The notes under the pieces are model-generated. The model had not been told where the DNA came from, did not search any database, and was given only the letters and a program-made list of their open reading frames with translations. DNA of 64,000 bases from Eledone cirrhosa (lineage: Eukaryota), in the NCBI GenBank assembly GCA_964016885.1, contig OZ024745.1:124000001-124064000 (forward strand), in the 5' to 3' direction. Shown here in pieces: positions 54,061 to 64,000 of this stretch (positions are counted from its first letter, which is position 1; each line of letters opens with the position of its first letter). The position numbers and the translations under genes were made by a program.

Positions 54061-56101
54061 ATATATATATATGAAAGATTTGGTAGATGTTTGTTGTGGA
54101 AACTAATTCTAAAATTATTTTCATATTAGAGAATATCTGATAATTATATCATATAGAGGTGTTACAACTGGAAAAATTTGTTTTGAAATCACAGAGCTTT
54201 AGTTTTGATATTGTTATCTACAGCTATCTGCTGTACTTGTTTGAAGAATTTAAATCAAATATTATCTATCTCATTAAATCATTCTCAATTCCATTTTGTT
54301 CCTACCTAGCACAATTATGGTGAGAATTTGCCTTGTTACCTGTAAGATTAAAACACTCTCTCTATTGTAAGTTACTGTCTTACTTTCAAGGCGATATTAC
54401 TGAGAGGATAAATAAAAGAAAATAAAGGAGTGATGATGAAAAGGGTGTCAGAAGACAAAGTATAAGTGAGAGTGTGAAATAGAAGTGAGGGAATGGTAGA
54501 GAAGAAGGAAGTAACAATAGATGGGTAGTGATAGCTACATGCTGATTGTTGGTAAATAGAATGAATATGAAAAGCAGCATAGCAACATGTGACAGGCGAT
54601 GATATCAATGTGACAGAGTGATAGATATCAATGTATCTGGGCTTTAATTTGGACTGGATGTTGTGGTACCAACATAACTTTATAGAGAAAGGGGTGATGT
54701 TGGTGCAAGTGAGAGGATGGAGTAGGGGTAGTGAGTATATATATATGTCATTATCATCATCATCATAATCGTTTAACGTCTATCTTCAATGCTAGCATGG
54801 GTTTAGACGGGAATTGTCCCACTTGAGGCAAAATTAGTCGTCTCGCTCGTATGGGACTGTCTGGCAGGTTTTCTACAGATGGATGCTCTTCCTAACACCA
54901 ACCACATTTACAGTGTATATATATATATATATATATCATTATCATCGTTTAACGTCTATATATATATTGAAATTCCCTATAGTTTCTATCTACCAAATTC
55001 CAGGCACAGTGATGTTGGACCAAAAGCAACAGCGTGATTATGAAATGGACTTCTTCACAATAAGCAAAATTTACAAAAAGAATAAAAAATCAAATACAAA
55101 CAGCTCTGAAATATTTGTTAAAAATTGCATACAACTTCGTAGAGTAGATTTTTGCTTCAATTTCCAGTAAATATGGGAATAAATAAATAGATGAGTAAAG
55201 AAAAGGACAAGTCATTACAAAGCAGAAAAACAAAACATAATAATAGAAGGTCATAAAAGTTATGAAACATAGCATACCTTCCTTTCTGAAATAACCAGTT
55301 CCCTCTGTTTAGTGAAACAAGTTAAACCTTAAACAATAAGCTTTTAATTACACTTTTTTCCTTCCTTAATTAGAGTTTCCTAATTCAACATCTAATTGGG
55401 ACAGAATTAGCTGTTTTTGGTACTTTAAAGCAATACTTTGGCACTTAGTAATATTTCTCTAGACACAAATAAGTTGGAATTTTTTGTTGGAAGATATCAT
55501 GAAATATAAATTTTTTTCTATTTCCTACAACTTTTAATCAAAATCCTTCAATTAAAATTTGAAATAATTATCAAATCTTGAAGAAGGCACTAATTAATAT
55601 ACAATACAATGAACAAAGGCAATGAAATAGCTGGTGCATTGAGTTTCATGTACTTGATACCCGCAGTAATTAAAGTAATAATAATTCTATTTCAAACATG
55701 GTAGACTGCTGAATTACAATTAAGTGTTCAATGCTAATACATTTATAGAACATTTACTTCTTTTATTTTTTTCCATGCCTCTTGCTTGGTTTAATGACTA
55801 TATTGATTGTTTTAATTAATCAAAATAGACCAGCTCTCTCTATCCCCATCTCTAAACATATAGTCTTTGCATAATGGAATTGACCACTGGATATAGTAAC
55901 TGTAGTTAATGTAAAATGTGGCCATAAGTTACTGTCCCTTAAAATCTCAACTATTTTAGTTCTGTAAGAAAAGGTTAATTTCTTTTCCAATAAATGCAAA
56001 TTTTTCTTACTTTGTTAGACCCAGCCGAAATATCCTCCTGACCTTTTGTTTGGTAAGTTTTCTCGAGATACTCTTCCTATCCTCAATCACTTTATTATGT
56101 A

Positions 56102-56266
56102 CCGTATTTCCCGGCATCGAAGACGCTACTTTTTTCCTAAAATAAGTCCCAAAAATCTACCATGCGTCCTGGACGCCAAAACTGTTTATAATTTTTTTCA
56201 AATTTTTATTGTCAAAATTAGGGTGCATCCTCAAGGACGAAGCATCTTTGGCATCAGGAAATACAG
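56102..56266. mobile_element. Tc1/pogo-superfamily MITE
   Basis: TA|CCGTATTTCC ... GGAAATACAG|TA. Confidence 0.7.
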
Positions 56267-56399
56267 TAAATCACCAGCATTAGGTGGTTGTCATGTCTAT
56301 GACACAACTGAAGAGATCTATGTTTGACAAGTTTCCTACAGCTTATTGCCTTTTCTAGTACCAACCACTTTACTGGCAAGATTAATTCCAAATACAGGA

Positions 56400-56735
56400 G
56401 ATGGATTTGTAGCGCTCTTTAGACAAAGGGAAGTAGCTAGAGTTACTTCCCATAGAATTTCTAGAACATTCCTTGAACTTCCATTCCAGAGATTATAAAA
56501 GAAAGAGCAAAGGGCAATCTCTCTCTTGCAGCTTCACCTTGCTAAGGTAAACACCAATTCTTCTTTCGCTCCGCAAGCACGAACAATATGTAATGACAAA
56601 ACATTACTACAGGCCTGGCCAACACCTCAGCCAGTCAACCGTACCTTCTCTTGCAATCTTAATTGGTTTATTTCATTCCTTTTGGCATGCCAGCTTTATC
56701 CACCTCTTAACCTTTGTTAATAAATTATGTAAAAA
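56400..56735 (+). mobile_element. Diverged LTR-like sequence related to 35283-35671
   Basis: gtagcgctct(t/c)tagaca..ggaagtagct(a/g)gagttacttccc shared; TATAAA and AATAAA in the same order. Confidence 0.5.
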
Positions 56736-56756
56736 CATGCTAAGGTCTTGGTGATA

Positions 56757-57838
56757 TCATCATCATCATCATCAACGTTTAACGTCCGTGTTCCACGCTT
56801 GCATGGGTTTGGACGGAGGTTTTCCCACTTGAGGCAAGAGTGATTGTCTTGCTCGCATAGGACTGTCTGGCGGGTTTTCTACAGCTGGATGCCCTTCCTA
56901 ACACCAACCACATTTACAGTGTGGGTCTGGGAGGTTTTTACCGTGTTGCCTACACGGCCACATTACAGTGTGGACTGTGTGTTTTTTTTGTCGTGGCACC
57001 TACACGATCTCATTTGTTTCGGCCTGGATCAACATAACTTTACATTGAAGGGGCGGTGTAGATGGGGTGGTGGTGGTGGTGGTGGTGGTGGGGGGGGGGG
57101 GGGGGGGGTATTTTGTTAGAGATGCCTACTGGCTGTAGTAGGTTTTACTTTGTATTTAGGTAAGGAGGGTCTTCTCTATTACTGAGTACCGCCACAGGTC
57201 TCGGTCCAGTGACATTGTCTTGGAGAGGTGTAAGTGTGTGAGGTCAGAATTTATCACCTCGTCCCAGGTTTTTCTGGGTCTGCCTACTCCGTAGCTACCG
57301 TCTATCTTTATTGCCCTGCACTTTGTTATACAGCTGTCGTCTTTCATGCGCATCACGTGACCATACCAACGTAGCCTTCTCTCGAGTAAACAACATCTGA
57401 TCCCTCTTATTTCTAATTTTTTCCTTAGTTCGCTTATGCTTTGCCATTCACGTATGTTACTATTACACATCCAGCGGAGCATGCAAGCTTCGTTCCTCTC
57501 TAGTCTGCATATATCCTCTGCACACAATGCCCAGGTCTCACTGCCATGCAACATTGCTGTTCGTATGCAGACATCATACAACCTGCCTTTCATTCTTAGG
57601 GAGAACCCTTTAGCGGCTAATAGTGGTATAAGCTCTCTGAACTTTTTCCAACCAGTTCTGACTCTAGCTACAGTACTTTCAGAACACCCTCCCCCACTGC
57701 TGATTTTGTCACCCAGGTAACGGAAGCTGTCCACTATTTCTATAGAACCCTCTGCGCAATTGAAAGAGCTAGTATTCTGTGGGCACTTGCTGCTACTTAT
57801 TGCACCAGAGCACCGGCCACATGTAAAATCTATGTTCT
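56757..57838 (-). mobile_element. RTE LINE 3' end, young, with ORF 57156-57734
   Basis: SFRYLG..HGSETW..RRLRWYGHV..GRPRKTW; 3' UTR and (GAT)n tail; smaller pieces at 54650-54915, 58624-58870 and 47270-47500. Confidence 0.9.
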
Positions 57839-59094
57839 ATATATGATATATATATTATATTCTTATTGCTAAAATGGTGACCCCGCGTGTTGATATATCA
57901 ATTATTATCTTTCTGCTAAAGATTAAAAGAAGCAATAGAGAAATGGAAGAAATACCTTGCTGTATGTGTTACGACACTTTATGTTCTAAGTTCAAATCTT
58001 ACTGAAGTCAACTTTACTTTTCATCCTTCTGGGATCAGTAAAATAAATATTAGTCAAGTATTCAAGCCGATATAATCTATTGCCCCTCCCCGAAATTACT
58101 TGACTTATGCCTTGTGGAACTAATGTAGATGCTACATACATTAGCTGCATGACCTCTCGTCAATAAATTAGGGTAAATAGTGTGAAAATACTCACATACG
58201 TACACCAGGTCCGAACACAGGGGAGTCGAACTCCCACTGTCATCGCCTCCATCTTTCTCTCACCCTCCCCATATCTCACCAGTACGAGTAAATGGAGTCC
58301 CATGCACTGGCCGCCCCAGGGCTCCAGTGAACAGAATAAAGAAGGCAGTATTAAAAACCACTGTAACACTATTATCACTTCTAAGATGGATCTGGTTGTC
58401 GGTCACGTTTGTTGTAACAGTTGATCCCTGTCCTTATTTGATGGAGAGGTAGCCAGTTTTCCTTTATCTGGTGCTTGTGATGAAAAAAGATTTCATGGTA
58501 AGTACATTTGAAAGAGTTGAGGATAGGTTGCTTTCACTCCAACCAAGCTTTCATCAACTTCTTCAAGTTTAAATAGTGTTTTGTTCAGTTTCATTATGAA
58601 CAACATACACAAACAATCTATAAATCATCATCATCATCATCATCAACATTTTACATCTGCTTTTCCCTGCTTGCAAGGGTGTGATGGGTCTTATTCAGCA
58701 CAGCATCTCTCCACTTGTCACGGTCCTTTGTCATATCCACCATGAGCTTCAGTGATCTGAGGTCTGTTCTCACCACCTCCGCCCATGTTTTTCGTGGTCT
58801 ACCTCTACCACGTCTTCCTTCAACTGGCATTTCCTGGCACCTCTTCACCCATCAGTCATCCTCATTAAGCAAATGAAAAATAACAATAAATATTTAATTA
58901 GGCTTTTTAATGGTTTCAATCATTCAACTAGTCTGCAGCCATGCTGGAGCATCACTTTCAAGGGTTTCATCAATCATATCGATCACAGAACCTATTCCAA
59001 TATGATACTTATTTTATTGATGAGGATCCATTACAATACATGGGTCAAAAAGAAGAATAGATATGGACATGTGTATACATATACATATCCTAAT

Positions 59095-61080
59095 ACAGAC
59101 TACTGAGGAGACTTGTGGCTGGAGCAAAGAACCAGTCAAACAGAAGGTGACATGGTGGTGGATCAACGCCATGGATAGATCCATTAAAGAGACAGAGATT
59201 GAAAGATTGGAAAATGGGGCAGCAAAGATCAATACCAGGAAGCTAAAACTGAAACCAGACAACAGGTATATGTAGCATGGAAAGAAGCTGAAAGCAGGAG
59301 GTTGCCAATAACTTACAATATAAGTTTCAGAGATATGAGATGTTCTGCTTTTAAAGCAGTGTGTCTGTGTGGATTGGGATTTTGTTAGGGGAAAGGGTGT
59401 TCAAAATGACAATGGGCACAGCATTGCTGATCCTCAAGAAAAAAGGACTTGAAATATTACTATGAGAGCCCAAAGAAAGTGAATGAGTATAGGGAAGAGA
59501 GACTACCCCCAGTTGACTCATCAAAGGGACCAGCTATCGAAATTGACAGTTATAGCATCAAAGATGCAAACAAGAAGATGAAAAATGGTAAAGCATCTGA
59601 GAAAGTAGTAGCCAAAATAGTAACCTGTATAGTCAATCTGGTAATACGGATGGGGGCCATACCTAATGATCAGTATAGTAGTATATGCTACAAAAAGAAA
59701 GGTGATGATCTAAAAAGGAGCAGCTGCAGAGGTCTAAAACTAATGGACTAAATTATGAAAGTGATGGAAATTGTTCTATCATAACTAATTAGGGAAACTA
59801 GCAGAAAAACCACCCGAATAATATCAATATACACACTATACATGCTAGCAGAAAAACCACCCGAAGAGTGGTTTTTCTGCTAGCATGTGTAGTGTGTATA
59901 TTGATATTATACGTAAGTATATATATATATACATGTAGATTTGATACATCAAATAAAATCGTAATTGACAGTATAAACAGAAATTGAACGAAGACGTTGT
60001 TACACTGTCTTATGTAATGATACATTAAAAAGACAATATTATATATAAACTGCATTAGGAGAAAATTAGTGACAGAAAATTATTATGTTTATTTAAGTGA
60101 TCTCCACCGGAAGTGTTGACATCACACACTCTCTCTTTCTATATATATGGTAGTTGAAGGGGTGGTGGTGGTGGCAATGATATACCGGAAGTGCAACTTT
60201 GAAAAGAAGTCAATTTTAAATTATTTATTTTTACGAAATTATTTTTGTTTACGAAATTTAGTAGAAAAATTATGTAATATTCATTCATTATTGGCAGTAT
60301 CAGTAGAGGGTTGGACACCAAGCTTTGTAGCATAGTTACGTCCCTTTATGGTCTGAGTTCAAACCCCGTCGAGGTTAACTTTGCCTTCCATCCTTACAGA
60401 GTCGATAAAATAAAGTACCAGTAATGTACTGAAATAATTGCTGGTCTTGTGCCAAAAGTAGAAACAATTATTTATTCAAAGTAATCCAACTTATTTTACT
60501 AATGGGATAAAAAAAAAATAAACCGTACGCAGTCCCGCAGACCTTCCTTTATTATAGTTTAGATAGTCAAATTAGATGAGATGCAGTTGGTCTTATACCT
60601 GTGGGGAGTATTACAGATACACTCTTCTTAGCATATCAACTGCAAGAGAAGTTCTTAGCTATAAGTAAGCCTCTGTATCTAGCTTTTCTTTACTTAGAGA
60701 AGGCCTTTGACAGAGTAGCTCGATCTGTTAACTCGTGGTCCTTAAGGAAACTAAGTGTAGAATAATGTCTTGTGAAAGCAGTACAGAGGAGCTGGCAGTA
60801 TAGGAAGAATAGGAAGTAGACAACAAAAGCTTTCTCTCTATAGCTTGTGTGCAACAAATGATACTGCATAGTAATGATACATGGACAGTAAATGTTGAAG
60901 ATGTGTGAAGACTGGAGAGAAATGAAATGAATATGCTTCAATTGATGTGTCATGTTAATATGTATGAATGACAAAATATGGATGAAATGAGAGAGAAACT
61001 GGGTATAAGAGGAATCAGCTGCTGTATGTAAGCGAGAAGATATGGATATGTGATGTGCATGAATAATGATTGCTGGATGA
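59095..61080 (+). mobile_element. Old RTE LINE fragment split by a Helitron
   Basis: TEETCGW, KGPAIEID, RGLKLMD, LIRE|IVKLDEMQ and LEKAFDRV remnants. Confidence 0.75.
59798..60563 (-). mobile_element. Non-autonomous Helitron with nested SINE A
   Basis: - strand A|TCTAAACTATAATAAAG ... CTAG|T; homologous to 26692-27151; no TSD. Confidence 0.8.
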
Positions 61081-61142
61081 TATCTATCTATCTATCTTTC
61101 TATCTATCTATCTATCTATATCTATTTATTTATCTGTATATC

Positions 61143-61173
<31 letters not shown>

Positions 61174-61189
61174 TTATATATATATATCA

Positions 61190-62545
61190 AATTAAAAAAC
61201 AGAGTTCAAAACACACATTAATCCCCTATAATTTAATGAGCTCAAGGAATAGAATCTGGGCTCTTTATAAATCACCATATAGAGAAAAGTACACATAGAG
61301 ATATGTGTTTAATTATAGGGGATCAAAAACCACCAGAGTGACGAACATATAACCTATGGAAGGAATGGTGAATACAAATCAATAAAAAGAATATATTAAA
61401 GAGTACTAACCATCTGAATATAACAATACACCTGGACATGCTCAAATTAGAGCATGTTTCGCTATAAAAAGTGAAGAATCCATATTATAGATGTAGCTCA
61501 TCAGTGGGTGCCTAGCAATACGATCAACACTTCATTCATTCATCATTTCATTTTATGTCCACTTTTCCCTGCTTGCAAGGGTGGGACGGGAACTGATTCT
61601 GGCTTGATTTCTACAGTTGGATGCTCTTCCTAACACCAACCTCATTTACAGTGAGTGCTGGGTGCTTTTTTGCCGTGGCACCTCCTGGACCACTTCACAG
61701 TGGAATGATAGGGACCCCAGTCCCTATCATCTCATTTCTACAGCTAAGTAAACTGGAGCAATGTGAAATAAAGTGTCTTGCTCAAGGAAACAACACATCA
61801 CCCGGTCTGAGAATTGAACTCACAACCTTTTGATTGGAAGGCCAATGCTCTAACCACTAAGCCATGTGCCTCCAAATAAATATATCAGATAACTAAGAAA
61901 ACATGCATGGTATAGAGCAAAGACATGTGCGTTGATTTATAGCCCAGAATCTATTCCTTGAGCTCCTTAAATTATAGGGGATTAATGTGTGTAATGTGTG
62001 TTATAGGGGATTAATGTGTGTAATGTGTGTTATAGGGGATTAATGTGTGTAATGTGTGTTAAATTTTAATTTGATATTTTGGCTCCTAATTCATTTCTGT
62101 ATGTAAGTAAAGCTTCTAAAGTTGAATGGTTCTGAGCTGCTGTTTTTAGCAGTCTTTTGGTCTATTCACACCACCATGGGCTATATAACACATGTATTTC
62201 CTCTATACTATGTGTGTTTTCTTAGTTATCTGATATATTTATATGGAAGTGTTGAATGAAATGATGAATGAATGAAGTGTTGATCGTATTGCTAGGCACC
62301 CACTGATGAGCTACATCTACAATATAGATTCTTCACTTTTTATAGCGAAACATGCTCTTATTTGAGCATGTCCGAGTGATGTTGTTATAATCGGATGGTT
62401 AGTACTCTTTGATATATTCTTTTTATTGATTTGTATTCCCCATTCCTTCCGTAGGTTATATGTTCATCACTCTGGTGGTTTTTGATCCCCTATGATTGAA
62501 TACATATCTCCATGTGTACTTCGCTCTATATGGTGATTTATATAT
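61190..62545. mobile_element. Fold-back hammerhead element with nested SINE B
   Basis: 61265-61550 is inverted against 62255-62542; 61873-61945 against 62178-62248; 61210-61262 against 61940-61992. Confidence 0.8.
62297..62378 (+). ncRNA. Type I hammerhead with full 7-bp stem III (mirror copy on - strand 61429-61510)
   Basis: CACCCA-CTGATGA-GCTA...TAGC-GAAA-CATGCTC(TTATTT)GAGCATG-TC-CGAGTG; stem I partly decayed. Confidence 0.8.
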
Positions 62546-63684
62546 ATGCATATATATATATATATATATATGTGTGTGTATATATGTGTATTGCACAGTT
62601 TCCCACAATATGTAGCATCTACTGTATATATAATCTATATAAGCGCAGGTGTGGCTGTGTAGTTATGAAGAGTTATGAAGAGTGCTTCACATCTACAGGG
62701 TTTCAGGGTCATTCTTAAAAATTTAAAATATAGAAATCTGAAAAAGTTTCTAAAAGATTTGTTAAAGTTTAAGCAGAGGGATGTTTATTAAGCTAATGTG
62801 CAATGTAGTTTATAGATATTGTATATCAACACTATCATCATCACCATATAACCCTTTAGTATTTACATTATATACTATTGTATTTTCATAGTGAAGGCTT
62901 TATCTCACATAATTATATCACATAAATATTGAATCTATGAGATTTTGATATTATTTATTTTGAGAACAATACCTGAACATAAGTATGAGCAGCCACTTAC
63001 AGCTGATTTGTACAGAAAGCAGTGAGAGAATTCTGGCCAGATACAGCTGGCTTAAATGCTAAAGGGTTAATGTCTATTTCTCATACTGGCACCAGTTACA
63101 TGTATTGTCACATTTTGAGGCTAGATAGGTCAGCTCACCACATCATGCTCATACAGTCATTTTTGGCAGGGTTTCCATGGCTGGATGCCGATCACTTTAG
63201 AGTATGTACCTGGAGCATTATATCGAAATACATTTTACATATACTGTATATATAACCCTTGCTAGCAGGGAAAACAAACTTTAAATGATAATTGTTTCTA
63301 CAATAGGCACAAAGCCAGCAATTATCCCAGTGTATTACTGGTACTTTATTTTATCGACCCTGTAAGGATGAAAGGCAAAGTTAACCTTGACGGGATTTGA
63401 ACTCAGAATGGCAAGGGCCGTAACTCTATGCGTCAAAGCATGGCGTCTGACCCTCTACCGATACTGCCAATTCAATGATGATAATATATTAAAAGTATAT
63501 TGACTGGATTTTTGTGGATGAAATGCTTTATTGAAATACAAATAAAATTTTAAAAGTAAAAAGATGCTGTGTATGTCCATTAGAAGTACAATTAACAATG
63601 TGTATGAAACAATAAATGTATACTGAATTATCATCAACTGAATACTTTATATCTCGGTTAACAGCAGGTATGTTTCTAGTAAAC

Positions 63685-63692
63685 ACACATAC

Positions 63693-63725
<33 letters not shown>

Positions 63726-63784
63726 TGTATGCATGCATGTATGTATGTATGCATGCATGTATGTATGTATGTATGCATACATAC

Positions 63785-63817
<33 letters not shown>

Positions 63818-63852
63818 TGTATGCATGTATGCATGTATGTATGTATGTATGT
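63685..63852. repeat. (TATG)n microsatellite
   Basis: Direct reading; similar (CATA)n tracts at 12915-13215 and 15352-15625. Confidence 0.9.
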
Positions 63853-64000
63853 AGGGAGAGATGACCCCTTAGCCTTTGTCAAGGCAGAATTCTAGGAGAA
63901 GGAAAACTCTGATATAACACCTGCAACCCTGATGGTATCCAATGATGTTGACTTCTTCTTCTTTTTGGTAAATATCATCTTGGTCAAGAGAGTGGGACTG

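Noticed and set aside
55278-55295. 8-nt micro-exon (ttatttcag-AAAGGAAG-gtatgc, - strand)
   Set aside because: Splice-like signals alone occur by chance; cannot be supported without RNA data

Overview
AT-rich, repeat-dense eukaryotic DNA, mostly intronic or intergenic. The SINE, RTE and microsatellite repertoire suggests a cephalopod such as Octopus (inference). No intact protein-coding gene is evident; there are only three weak candidate host exons on the minus strand. The window holds decayed RTE LINEs and their partner SINEs, R4/Dong-clade REL-endonuclease LINEs (one split by a solo LTR), a CR1 3' end with a 61-bp tandem expansion, a mariner pseudogene, piggyBac, hAT and Tc/pogo MITEs, two non-autonomous Helitrons, and many micro- and minisatellites. 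The main hidden signal is about 15 short non-coding elements of several unrelated sequence families. Most sit in or next to (TA)n tracts and many form long fold-back palindromes. They carry type I hammerhead ribozyme cores (stem I-CUGANGA-stem II-GAAA-stem III-NUH-stem I'), whole or as 3' halves. Most also share a bulged ACTC...GAGTRC hairpin downstream of the cleavage site. They look like a diverse set of non-autonomous Penelope-like or retrozyme elements. Coordinates were read by eye and may be off by a few bases.
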